Shown: in pieces, positions 27,588-36,766 of the stretch
Numbering within the stretch: position 1 is the stretch's first letter
How the letters are laid out: each line of letters opens with the position of its first letter
Notes under the pieces: generated by a model
What the model saw: the letters and a program-made list of their open reading frames with translations, nothing else
Databases searched by the model: none
What the model was told of the DNA's origin: nothing
NCBI GenBank assembly: GCA_965370365.1
Contig: CBDUSP010000001.1
Location: forward strand, 1 to 62,557
Direction: 5' to 3'
Length of the DNA stretch: 62,557 nt
From: an uncultured bacterium
GTDB taxonomy: Bacteria; Chlamydiota; Chlamydiia; Chlamydiales; SM23-39
Made by a program: the position numbers and the translations under genes

Positions 27588-27855
27588 ATATAAACTTCTG
27601 TTCAACAGGGCTTACCTTAAAGATCTAAAGAAAATACCCGCTAGAAGTCAACGACACATCCAAGAAACTCTCAAAGAGCTTTCTTTGAACCCAAGACCTG
27701 AGGGATATAAGAAATTGCATGGAAGTGCGAATCCTTCTTTATACAGAGTAAGATGCGGAGATTATCGAATTATATATACAATCGATGATAAAGTTTTGAT
27801 TGTTCTCGTGATTGATATCGGCCATCGGAAGGCAATCTACAGAAGTCTTTGCTAA
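27580..27855 (+). CDS. type II toxin, RelE/ParE family
   Basis: YKLLFNRAYLKDLKKIP...NPRPEGYKKLHG...LYRVRCGDYRIIYTIDDKVLIVLVIDIGHRKAIY. GTG at 27580 overlaps the antitoxin stop. Confidence 0.85.
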   Translation: MARYKLLFNRAYLKDLKKIPARSQRHIQETLKELSLNPRPEGYKKLHGSANPSLYRVRCGDYRIIYTIDDKVLIVLVIDIGHRKAIYRSLC

Positions 27856-27930
27856 TTCGCACCCTGATTCAACCTCTTGTATTCTTAAGCGTTATTCAAC
27901 GGTCTCAAAGTTTTCTAGACGATCTTCGGC

Positions 27931-28524
27931 TTACCAAAAGTTGAAGTTTTGGTCATCAGCATCGCGGATCATTTCCTCATCTTCTTCACCTAGACTGTGC
28001 ACTTTTCTTTTCTTCTTATGACAGTCCTCTTCAGAATCCTCTGTGCAGGGCTCTTCAGACTCAGAATTTTGAGTAAGTATGAATGATGGTTTAGGCTTTT
28101 TCTTTATGGGCTCTTCGATCCCCTCAATCTCCTTTTGAAGAGGCTTATCTTCGTGAATATGGGGAGGTGATGCTTTTCTTATGCCTTTTTGAGGCCCAGC
28201 TGCGATATGATCATAATAATCAAAACCCCAACCCTGTAAAACACCTTTTTTAAAGGTAAGAGGGGTCACATTCTGCCGAACAAGCCGCTCTTGGGCTAGG
28301 GCGGTAGGCTTGGTCACGTAGAACCAGACATAGTAGGCCTGCCCACCCTTCTCAATTGTCTGCTTTTTATGGGGGCAGTGCATAATTTTTAGAACATCTG
28401 TCTCTGTCATCCCTATCTCGATTCGAGCAAGGTTCCACACATTTTCCTGAGCCATAGACAGAGTCCCTGCCCCATCGTTGGCCATACACCCCGTTAGCAG
28501 TAGTAAAGAAAGACCTCTTATCAT
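27931..28524 (-). CDS. lipoprotein with BamE/SmpA-like domain and acidic C-terminal tail
   Basis: Lipobox LLLTGC. IGMTETDVLKIMHCPHK...YYVWFY pattern. C-terminus rich in E/D/K. Confidence 0.55.
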   Translation of the reverse strand: MIRGLSLLLLTGCMANDGAGTLSMAQENVWNLARIEIGMTETDVLKIMHCPHKKQTIEKGGQAYYVWFYVTKPTALAQERLVRQNVTPLTFKKGVLQGWGFDYYDHIAAGPQKGIRKASPPHIHEDKPLQKEIEGIEEPIKKKPKPSFILTQNSESEEPCTEDSEEDCHKKKRKVHSLGEEDEEMIRDADDQNFNFW

Positions 28525-28536
28525 AGCTATACCCTT

Positions 28537-28705
28537 TTAAGGAGACACTGAACAACTCATTCGCCAGCTATTCGACCAAAATTCACCGAAAAAGCTAATT
28601 TTCGATCTGCAACAACTCACCCGAGTTTATTCCGATCTCCAAATTAATTTTTTCGGCGCTTTTGGCTCGAATCCCTGGCAAAGCAGTTATTCAGTGTCTC
28701 CTTAA
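28537..28705. mobile_element. MITE-like palindromic element, copy A (169 bp, TTAA-bounded)
   Basis: Ends ttaaggagacactgaacaac ... gttattcagtgtctccttaa. The arms are long imperfect inverted repeats. About 90 percent identical to the reverse complement of 34265..34434. Confidence 0.75.
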
Positions 28706-28785
28706 CCCTTCCATACTTGATGCTTTTGGGGCCTGTCAAGAGATATACCCAAGTAATCTCAAAACTTGGGTATACCCCTCGATAC

Positions 28786-28955
28786 TTAAGGAACCACTGA
28801 TCAATTGCTTTGCCGAAGATTTTCGATGATTTTTCGACAGATTTTGATTTTTTCGAACGAACTTAAACTTTTGTAAGTTAGTGAGTTCGAAAAAAGCGAA
28901 AGATGTCAAAAAGCGCGGAAAGATTCGGCAAATGAATTGATCAGTGGCTCCTTAA
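28786..28955. mobile_element. MITE-like palindromic element, copy B (170 bp, diverged subfamily)
   Basis: Ends ttaaggaaccactgatcaattg ... caattgatcagtggctccttaa. Same architecture and internal ttttcga/tcgaaaa motifs as copy A. Confidence 0.7.
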
Positions 28956-28993
28956 ACTCATATTCTGTATATTCATCAGTGGATGGTGCTTCT

Positions 28994-30331
28994 ATGTTGG
29001 AATTGAGCTTAAATAAAAAGAATAAAGTAAATCTCTCTGACTATAATTTTCAGAAAGATGTAGAAAATCGGTCCCGCATGGCCGATCTTTCATTTTTTGA
29101 ATATGATGTTCTCCAAGAAATCTTTTTCAACTCTACGAAATTTTCTTTAAAAAAATTCGCTAGATCCCTTGAGACGGACGAAAAAGCCCTATCCCCTATC
29201 CTAGAAAAGCTATCTAAAGCCGGCCTGCTCTCTGTTGAAGGAGATCTCGTTCTCGTCGACAAAGAAATGCGGAAATTCTTTGAATTCCACATGAGGCGCT
29301 TGGAGCCCGATTTCAAATGCGATATGGAATACCTCCAGGGGATTTTACGCAAAGTACCCATTCATATCCTCCCCACTTGGTACGCAATTCCCCGGACATC
29401 AAATAATATTTTTGAGTCTATCGTTGAAAAACATCTTTTAACCCCCCAGCTGTTTCAGCGCTACCTAACCGACCTTAGCTTCTCAAATCCAGTCGCTCTT
29501 CAGGTAATGCAAGATGTTTTTGCAGCGCCAGATTTCCGAGTATCCTCCTCAGATATCATTACCAAGTACAATCTGTCTCGTTATGAATTCGAGGAGATCC
29601 TTCTTTCTCTCGAGTTTAGCTTTGTTTGCTGCGCAACGTACACGAAAGGCGATGATTTGTGGCTCGAGTGGGTAACCCCCTTCCATGAGTGGCATGAATA
29701 CTTACGATTCCTTAAAACAACGAAAGTCCCCTCGATCCCCTCTAGCAAAGACATCCAGAGCTTCAAAAAAGGAGACTTCCCTTTTGCAAAGGATTTAAGC
29801 TCCCTATTGCAGTGCATAAAAAAAGAAGCTGCGCCTTCACCTGGGACCCAAGAGTATATCCAAAAGCTGCTGCTTATCGACCTTATCGAAAAAAAGGGAA
29901 AAAAGTTCCTGATTCTAGAAGCTGCGAATAGCTTTCTTGAGCTCAGTGCTGAAAAACAAGCAATTTATCTATACAGACACCCACTAAATCATGTCCAAAA
30001 CACCTGCTTCCCACAAGAGCTTGCAACTGAAAAAAATATCAGAGAGGTTGAAAAATCGCTTAGACGCGTAATTGGTGCTGGCTGGGTCTTTTTCAGTGAA
30101 TTCTTGGAAGGTGCGATCGTTTGTTTTAATGATCTGCATTCAGTTTGCTTAACAAAAGTCGGTAAAAGCTGGAAGTACGATCTTCCCTCCCACTCAGAAA
30201 AAGAGAACCTTTTCATAAAACTCGTCATTTTCGAGTGGCTTTTTGAAGCGGGAATCGTAGATAAGGGAACGTGTGAGGGAAAAGATTGCTTTGCCGTAAC
30301 CCCATTTGGTTGCTCCCTCTTTGAAGAGTGA
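28994..30331 (+). CDS. hypothetical protein (445 aa)
   Basis: ATG at 28994 lies just outside MITE copy B; the track start at 28937 lies inside the element. No catalytic motif recognised. Confidence 0.55.
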   Translation: MLELSLNKKNKVNLSDYNFQKDVENRSRMADLSFFEYDVLQEIFFNSTKFSLKKFARSLETDEKALSPILEKLSKAGLLSVEGDLVLVDKEMRKFFEFHMRRLEPDFKCDMEYLQGILRKVPIHILPTWYAIPRTSNNIFESIVEKHLLTPQLFQRYLTDLSFSNPVALQVMQDVFAAPDFRVSSSDIITKYNLSRYEFEEILLSLEFSFVCCATYTKGDDLWLEWVTPFHEWHEYLRFLKTTKVPSIPSSKDIQSFKKGDFPFAKDLSSLLQCIKKEAAPSPGTQEYIQKLLLIDLIEKKGKKFLILEAANSFLELSAEKQAIYLYRHPLNHVQNTCFPQELATEKNIREVEKSLRRVIGAGWVFFSEFLEGAIVCFNDLHSVCLTKVGKSWKYDLPSHSEKENLFIKLVIFEWLFEAGIVDKGTCEGKDCFAVTPFGCSLFEE

Positions 30332-30341
30332 GATAATATAA

Positions 30342-31025
30342 GTGTTTGATCAAACGTTTGCACTAGCAGATGTGCCAAAAGTCTTTATTTTGGCCTTTTT
30401 AGAGATCGCTCTATCTGCGGACAATGCGATTGTTCTCGGCATATTCACCTCCCGCCTCCCCCAAAAATTAAGAGCCAAAGCCCTCTACATCGGATCGATG
30501 TCAGCCTTCTTTATTCGGGCTGTTGCCCTGATATTTTTGAGTCTCATTATTCGATATCGCTTTGTCCAAATTCTTGGAGCAGCCTATCTTCTGTTCCTTT
30601 CTGCCCGTTACTTTTGGAATCGAAAAAAACTCGTCCCTTCTCTTAAGAACCCCCATGAGAAGCTTTGGAAAGTCATCGTTTTGATCGAGGTCTTTGACGT
30701 CATTTTTGCTATCGACTCGATCCTTGCGGGTGTTGCCTTTATTAGCTCATCTGACCCACGAGTTTTTGCATCAAAGATGTGGATTGTCTATGTGGGAGGG
30801 ATGATCGGTCTTCTTGGCATTCGCTACGCAGGACATCTCTTTGGCTCGATCATCTCCAAGTTTCCAAATATGGAACGAGCTGCGCATTTAATGATTGGTT
30901 GGATTGCAATCAAGCTTGTCTACGAGCTATTCCCCCATCCAGAGATATTTGAGTTCTTTTTCTGGGGGATTTTGTTTATCCTGTTCCTTTTTGGATTTAT
31001 GAAGAAGAAGAAGGCTCATGGCTAA
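30342..31025 (+). CDS. TerC-family integral membrane protein
   Basis: FLEIALSADNAIVLGIF and FAIDSILAGVAF are the two TerC signature repeats. GTG start. Confidence 0.8.
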   Translation: MFDQTFALADVPKVFILAFLEIALSADNAIVLGIFTSRLPQKLRAKALYIGSMSAFFIRAVALIFLSLIIRYRFVQILGAAYLLFLSARYFWNRKKLVPSLKNPHEKLWKVIVLIEVFDVIFAIDSILAGVAFISSSDPRVFASKMWIVYVGGMIGLLGIRYAGHLFGSIISKFPNMERAAHLMIGWIAIKLVYELFPHPEIFEFFFWGILFILFLFGFMKKKKAHG

Positions 31026-31458
31026 AGATCTCGTCTCTAATCGCAAAGCAAGGCACGACTACGAAATTTTAGAAACCTTTGAGGCGGGACTGGTCTTACT
31101 TGGAACTGAAATCAAGTCACTGAGAAATCATGGAGGAGGCCTGCAAGATTCCTTCGTCGATGTGAGGGGCCCTGAGTTCCTTCTCATGAACGCTAGCATT
31201 GCCCCCTACGCCTTTGGCAACCTCTTCAATCACGAGGAAAAGCGGCCCCGAAAACTCCTCATGCACAAAAAAGAGATGGAGAAAATCCGAAATACTGTCA
31301 TTCAAAAAGGCTTGGCCCTCATTCCCCTGGCTATTTATCTGAACAAAAAAGGGATTGCAAAGCTAAAGATCGCAATCGCCCGAGGGAAAAAAACCTACGA
31401 CAAACGAGCTGCTATTAAAAAAAGAGAAGATGAGCGCTCCATGCAGAGAGAGAGCTAG
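31018..31458 (+). CDS. smpB: SsrA-binding protein
   Basis: SNRKARHDYEILETFEAGLVLLGTEIKSLR...LLMHKKE. Confidence 0.95.
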   Translation: MAKDLVSNRKARHDYEILETFEAGLVLLGTEIKSLRNHGGGLQDSFVDVRGPEFLLMNASIAPYAFGNLFNHEEKRPRKLLMHKKEMEKIRNTVIQKGLALIPLAIYLNKKGIAKLKIAIARGKKTYDKRAAIKKREDERSMQRES

Positions 31459-31540
31459 AAACACTCCCTAATCTCAAGCCCTATTGATTTTGGGTTCTCT
31501 TTTGTGGTATACACTCAAAGATAACCGGAGCGTCTAATTC

Positions 31541-32677
31541 ATGAAAATTGTCATCCTAAGAACTGCTCTTGCCGAGATCATCGGAAAGATTCAGAGCATT
31601 ATCTCAAGTAAACCCTCCTCCCCCATTTTGGGCACTGTCCTTCTTGAAGCGGTTGATGACCAACTCATTGTAACAGCAACTGATTTGTCCGTGAGCTTGC
31701 GATGCTATACATCAGCGACAATTGTCGAAGAAGGCTCCATTGCCCTTCCTGCAAGAAGATTCTTCCAGCTCATCCGCGAACTTACAGCGCCGCAGATCAA
31801 AATCAGTGCAGATACAAGTGAGAGCGCAGAAATTACAACAGGCACCTCCATATTTAAAATTCATGGGATGAATAAAGCCGAATTCCCTCAAGTCCCGGAT
31901 CTTTCTGGGACTCCTGAATTTGTAATTCCCCAAAAACAACTGAAGGAAATGCTCACAAAAACTGCGTTTTGTGCAGCAAGAGAAGATAGTAGATACACGC
32001 TCAATGGCATCCAACTTCAAATTACCAATCAACAAGCCACATTCATTGGAACAGATGGCAAAAGGCTTGCAAAAGCGGTCTCTCCTGTGAGTATCGATCC
32101 TACGATTCAAGGAAGCTATGTGATCCCCTTAAAAGCAGTTGATGAGATGGGCAAACTCCTTGAAGAAAGCGATAATCCCGTTTCTCTAAGCATGTCCCAA
32201 GACAAGGTCTCACTTGAAAGTGGGACGACAACCTTGACAGCCAAGCTTTTAGCAGGCCAATATCCTGATGTGGAACGGGTCATCCCCTCAAAATCAACGC
32301 AGCAATTTTCAATCCACCGCGAGGAACTCCTCTCTTTATTGAAGCAGGTTTCTCTTTTTACTTCGGAAACGACACATTCCGTTCGATTTAGTTTTGAAAC
32401 AGGCCAGCTACACCTTTCTGTTGCAAGTGCAGAGGTTGGAGAAGGAAGAGTCAGCATGCCTGTCGACTTTGTCGGAGAAAGACTCGATGTTGCATTCAAC
32501 CCCTACTTCTTCATCGATATTTTACGCCATAGTAAAGACGAAACGGTTCGTTTTGGATTAATCGATTCTCATAATCCAGGAATTATAACAGACTCGTCAA
32601 CAGCCCTTTTTGTGATTATGCCAATGCGTCTCAATGGAGCAACAGAGCCTAGTGAAGAAACAGCCTCTGTTCCTTAA
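31541..32677 (+). CDS. dnaN: DNA polymerase III beta sliding clamp
   Basis: Three-domain length, PILGTVLLEA...LIVTATDLSVSL, and C-terminal FVIMPMRL followed by a short extension. Confidence 0.95.
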   Translation: MKIVILRTALAEIIGKIQSIISSKPSSPILGTVLLEAVDDQLIVTATDLSVSLRCYTSATIVEEGSIALPARRFFQLIRELTAPQIKISADTSESAEITTGTSIFKIHGMNKAEFPQVPDLSGTPEFVIPQKQLKEMLTKTAFCAAREDSRYTLNGIQLQITNQQATFIGTDGKRLAKAVSPVSIDPTIQGSYVIPLKAVDEMGKLLEESDNPVSLSMSQDKVSLESGTTTLTAKLLAGQYPDVERVIPSKSTQQFSIHREELLSLLKQVSLFTSETTHSVRFSFETGQLHLSVASAEVGEGRVSMPVDFVGERLDVAFNPYFFIDILRHSKDETVRFGLIDSHNPGIITDSSTALFVIMPMRLNGATEPSEETASVP

Positions 32678-33734
32678 ACACATTTACCTACAAAATTTTC
32701 GCAATTATGAAGAGGCCTCCTTTTCTTTTGGGCCCCATCTAAACGTTATTTTTGGCGATAATGCTCAAGGAAAATCAAGCCTTCTCGAAGCCATTTCTCT
32801 CATCTCCACGGGGAGATCCTTCAGAACGCAAGTCCTATCCGAGCTCATCCACTATGAAAAGCCTCACTTTTATCTAGAAGCCGAAATTATCCGAGATGGT
32901 GTCCCACAAAACATCAAACTTTCCTTCGACGGCAAGACAAAAAAGCTTTTTCTAAACGCGAGTGAATTTTCAACATTCTCTCCTCTTCTGGGATCCTTCC
33001 CTTCTGTCTTTTCTCTTCCAAGTGACCGAGGCCTCATTACAGACGCCCCATCCGTTCGTAGGCGCTTTTTAAACCTCCATCTTGCGCAAAGCGACCCGCT
33101 GTATGTTCACCATCTTGCCAGATTTTGGCGTGCGATGAAGCAGCGCAACTGCCTTCTAAAAGCGAAAAAAATGGATTCTTTAGATTGCTGGGAAAGCGAG
33201 ATGGCCCTTTCTGCTCAATACATTTCTCATGCAAGAAAGACATTTTTGACGCAGCTAGAGAACCCTTTAAAAATGAAGGGAAAAAGTCTCTCTGGAAAAA
33301 ATGAGATCATGAAAACGTCTCTTCTCTCTACATATCCGCCAGATGCAAAAACGTACGAGAAACAGCTCCACAACATGCGAAAAAGGGAAAAGGAAATGGG
33401 AGTCACTCTCCAAGGCCCCCACCGCGATGATCTTGCGTTTTTGATCGATAATAAAATAGCAAAAAACTATGCAAGCGAAGGGCAAAAGAAAACGATGATC
33501 ACTGCGCTGCGCTTAAGTCAATGGAAGCACCTATCGAATCAAATAGAGGATTTGCCTTTCTTTGCCATTGATGATTTTGAAGGAATGTTGGACACAAACA
33601 GACAAAAATACCTAAGTACATTTCTCTCCTCAATGGGACAAGTCTTTCTCACAACTCCCATAGATCCAAAAAAATTACCCTTAGATGCAAACTCTTCAAG
33701 CAAACATTTAAGAATTTCCTCGCAGCAAAAATAG
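32634..33734 (+). CDS. recF: DNA replication and repair protein RecF
   Basis: LQNFRNY, Walker A GDNAQGKSSLLEAI, signature SEGQKKT, Walker B FFAIDD. An alternative GTG at 32652 reduces the overlap with dnaN. Confidence 0.9.
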   Translation: MEQQSLVKKQPLFLKHIYLQNFRNYEEASFSFGPHLNVIFGDNAQGKSSLLEAISLISTGRSFRTQVLSELIHYEKPHFYLEAEIIRDGVPQNIKLSFDGKTKKLFLNASEFSTFSPLLGSFPSVFSLPSDRGLITDAPSVRRRFLNLHLAQSDPLYVHHLARFWRAMKQRNCLLKAKKMDSLDCWESEMALSAQYISHARKTFLTQLENPLKMKGKSLSGKNEIMKTSLLSTYPPDAKTYEKQLHNMRKREKEMGVTLQGPHRDDLAFLIDNKIAKNYASEGQKKTMITALRLSQWKHLSNQIEDLPFFAIDDFEGMLDTNRQKYLSTFLSSMGQVFLTTPIDPKKLPLDANSSSKHLRISSQQK

Positions 33735-33749
33735 TCGATTCGCTATAAA

Positions 33750-34268
33750 GTGCCCTTCAAAGAGGTTCCCCCCATGCAAGACATTCCATATGTAGAAAAC
33801 TACGCTCCATCACCCGTTGCATCTCTTATCGCAACGATGATCAAATTCCCTGTAGAGGACAAATCCCCGGCTTACGCGGATCTTGTTTGTACGCAGCAAG
33901 ATCAAGCAAACATTTACGAAATCATTACACAACTGGCCGACAATGGAAAGATTTCCCTTCTTTTCAAGAAGGGCTACATAGAAGATCTAGGGGATCAAAT
34001 TCAACATGTCCATCCTTTAAAATTTCTTTCCACAATTGTCATACACCCACACTTGAATTCGTGCTTGTATGAGGTCTTCGACGATTACTTTAAGCGAAAT
34101 GGGTTTATGAATGGAATCGGGCCGCGCCTAACAAAAGAAGCTGAAAAGGGGAAACTAAATCAGTATATCGCAGATTTCGCAGGAGAAGTTAAGATTCCCC
34201 AAGACCGCTTGATGAAGTTTTTCAAAAATCAAGACTGGGAAGGCCTCGTGCGGTTTTTCATCGATTAA
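33750..34268 (+). CDS. hypothetical protein (172 aa)
   Basis: ORF with GTG start (alternative ATG at 33774). Its stop codon TAA lies inside the TTAA end of MITE copy C. Confidence 0.5.
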   Translation: MPFKEVPPMQDIPYVENYAPSPVASLIATMIKFPVEDKSPAYADLVCTQQDQANIYEIITQLADNGKISLLFKKGYIEDLGDQIQHVHPLKFLSTIVIHPHLNSCLYEVFDDYFKRNGFMNGIGPRLTKEAEKGKLNQYIADFAGEVKIPQDRLMKFFKNQDWEGLVRFFID

Positions 34269-34434
34269 GGAGACACTGAATAACTGCTTTGCCAGGGATT
34301 CGCGCCAAAAACACCGAAAAAGTTAATTTGGAGATCGGAATAAACTAGGGTTAGTTATTGTAGAAAAGAAAATTAACTTTTTCGGTGAATTTTGGCCGAA
34401 TAGCTGGCAAATGAGTTGTTCAGTGTCTCCTTAA
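34265..34434. mobile_element. MITE-like palindromic element, copy C (170 bp, inverted relative to copy A)
   Basis: ttaaggagacactgaataac ... gttgttcagtgtctccttaa. Both terminal TTAA tetramers overlap the stop codons of the convergent flanking genes. Confidence 0.75.
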
Positions 34435-35729
34435 ACACCCTCTAAAATCTCGTAGGCTCGCTTTGAGAACGTTTCAGGGGTTACAATCTTAGCCCCTTCC
34501 AGCTTGAGAAGATATAAGGCACTCTCAGATTCCCAGAGAGGGATCCCTTTTAAAAGCTCTTCTAAGCTAAGTTCTTTGTGGCGTCTCTTTGCTTCAGAAT
34601 GAATCCAAATCTCTCCTGTACTCACAGCCATTAGTTCCATTGCGGTTCCTCCTCCAGAGCGAGAGCAAGTAATCAGGCTCCGGTGAAAAAGAGGAGCAAT
34701 GACTTGATCTGTTTGAAAGGAAAAGGGAATCACAGAAAGAAATGAGGGAAGCGGGGCTTCATGAATTAAAAGATGAACGACCTTGGAAAATAGGCTGTTT
34801 TTCTTCCCTTCTGTGTGGTTCGCACAGAAAACAAAGAGAAGAAGAGGGGCTGAATATGGCTTTAACTTCCGGGATAAGGCAATGAAGTTCTTCACATAAT
34901 TCAGTGTCGCAGATCTTGCTGGTTGAGAACCGAGAAGAACGCTGATTACACGCGCCTCTTTGGGAATATGAATCTCTATTTCATCGTCTTGAATGTGTGT
35001 TTGCGCACCGCCTCTATCAAGAGCTTGGCACATTAAGGTTTTCTCCTCGGGGGTTTTTGTCTTAAAAACAAGAGACAGATCACTTGAAATGCGCGGTTTA
35101 TCCTGCAAGGCTTTGAAAGGAAGCCTTACATGTACATCTTCGTAATGAATTTCCGATTCACAAAGACCGCAGTGCTTTTGCCAAAACTCCCTCGAGGTTT
35201 GTCCCTCTTCTAGGAGAGGAGAAATCGTTCTTACCTTGAGGTGTTTTTTGTCCTTTTTTGAAAGCCCTTTAATCGGTCGAAAAAAATGAGTCGCCTTCTT
35301 TGTCGGAAGATCCACTACTATCTTTTCCAAAATCACGTGTTTAGATCTTTTCCAATTAAAAAGGCGAATCGCCTTTACGATGGCCGAGGTAGAGGTTGTT
35401 TGTGTATCAATAACGCGATCAATACCCTCTTTGAAGAGAAGGGACAACGTGTGAAAAAACACACTCGGCCATGTGATATAATCAAACAGCCTGTGAAAAC
35501 TTGCAAAGAACTTCTGAGAGCGGACATCTCCCTTCTTTTGCGCGCGATTCCACGTCTCAATGGAAAAATTTCCAAGCCATCTCCACACCCAATCTTTAAG
35601 CACATCTCTTTGAATTGTCTTTACATGAGGATCCTGAGCAAGTAAATGCTGCTTTTGAGCTGCAGCTGCCTGTAAAAGCCCACCTCCTGCAGACGATGTA
35701 ATAATCAGAAATTTCTCTCTATGCACCAA
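34431..35729 (-). CDS. GT-B glycosyltransferase-like protein (MGDG synthase/UgtP, GT28-like)
   Basis: KFLIITSSAGGGLLQAAAA resembles the N-terminal G-rich loop of UgtP/MGDG synthases. ITCSRSGGGTAMELMAV resembles ITKPGGITLTEA. Confidence 0.5.
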   Translation of the reverse strand: MVHREKFLIITSSAGGGLLQAAAAQKQHLLAQDPHVKTIQRDVLKDWVWRWLGNFSIETWNRAQKKGDVRSQKFFASFHRLFDYITWPSVFFHTLSLLFKEGIDRVIDTQTTSTSAIVKAIRLFNWKRSKHVILEKIVVDLPTKKATHFFRPIKGLSKKDKKHLKVRTISPLLEEGQTSREFWQKHCGLCESEIHYEDVHVRLPFKALQDKPRISSDLSLVFKTKTPEEKTLMCQALDRGGAQTHIQDDEIEIHIPKEARVISVLLGSQPARSATLNYVKNFIALSRKLKPYSAPLLLFVFCANHTEGKKNSLFSKVVHLLIHEAPLPSFLSVIPFSFQTDQVIAPLFHRSLITCSRSGGGTAMELMAVSTGEIWIHSEAKRRHKELSLEELLKGIPLWESESALYLLKLEGAKIVTPETFSKRAYEILEGV

Positions 35730-36111
35730 TGAATCCGCTCATAACTAAAAAGGTAACGAGTCTATATCCCGAATTGATAAGAAACAACTTGAAAGGCGTT
35801 TTGCACCAGATGTGGGAAGAGAACTCAATTGTAGCCACAAAACCGAGCCAAAGTAAGAATCCAACAAACATGCCGTCTGTTACAGATGTAACGCGAAGAT
35901 GAGCTCCAAAAAACGACAGGAAATATGCAATCATTAGGGAAGTTAAAAGCATACAAACAAGAGTCTTCACATCCATCCCTCTTTGTTTGTGTTTAGATAG
36001 TTTTGTCCAAAGAGGACCAAAGATCCATTTCGAATACCAGACAAAACCAATGACCATATTTAAAATAGCAGCAAGTATGATGACTAACCAATCGATGTAT
36101 ACGTATTCCAT
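35719..36111 (-). CDS. DUF1761-like small membrane protein
   Basis: IDWLVIILAAILNMVIGFVWYSKWIFGPLW pattern; four hydrophobic segments; ATG at 36111 preferred. Confidence 0.55.
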   Translation of the reverse strand: MEYVYIDWLVIILAAILNMVIGFVWYSKWIFGPLWTKLSKHKQRGMDVKTLVCMLLTSLMIAYFLSFFGAHLRVTSVTDGMFVGFLLWLGFVATIEFSSHIWCKTPFKLFLINSGYRLVTFLVMSGFIGA

Positions 36112-36312
36112 TTGCCAATCCTCTTTTGCCGAAAGGCCCATAATTTCGCTTTTGCTACAATTTCGTCAAGAATCCTGTCCAATCAAAAGAAGATAAAATC
36201 TCCCAAGCTGACTTTCTCTTCGAATATTTCATGAAAAAATTTGACAAAATCTTCACAGAACGGGTAATTTAGACACTTCATTTAAGAAACAAACAAACAA
36301 AAGGAAGGAATT

Positions 36313-36648
36313 ATGACTACACCAGTAGACGGTTCTCAAGATAACGGGTGGATTGAAAGCATGACATCTTCAGGAAAATCTGCAATGGACGCTGTAAGTT
36401 CTGCTGCAGGAACCTGCTACAAAGCGGTTGCAGATGGAGTGAGTGGTATTTTTGAAGGAGCTTCTTCAGTTACACAAAAAAGTTTCTCTTTTATGGTATC
36501 TACATATAAAGAAAACCCAAGAATTTCACAAGCAGCTCTTGGTACGATTGCTCTTGTTGGCGCTGCGTATGCTCTCCGTGGATATGCTCCAGATAGCTTG
36601 AAAAGCATGTTCTCTGGGACTTCAAACACTGGAACAACGAATTCCTAA
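36313..36648 (+). CDS. hypothetical small protein with one hydrophobic segment
   Basis: ATG preceded by AAGGAAGGA. S/T/G-rich, with the segment AALGTIALVGAAYAL. Confidence 0.45.
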   Translation: MTTPVDGSQDNGWIESMTSSGKSAMDAVSSAAGTCYKAVADGVSGIFEGASSVTQKSFSFMVSTYKENPRISQAALGTIALVGAAYALRGYAPDSLKSMFSGTSNTGTTNS

Positions 36649-36766
36649 GCAAACACTTAGAATGTATCCCCTTTCTCTTGTCAAGAAGGGGGAAACTTTT
36701 TTCTCTAGTTTTCCCTACTGATTTTAGAATTTAGGCCCCCTTAGAATAAGGAGGCCATTAGACGGC

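Noticed and set aside
28744-28774. Perfect 11-bp stem hairpin (tatacccaagt / acttgggtata, 9-nt loop) between MITE copies A and B.
   Set aside because: There is no flanking T-run, so it is not called as a terminator. With a single occurrence its function cannot be inferred.
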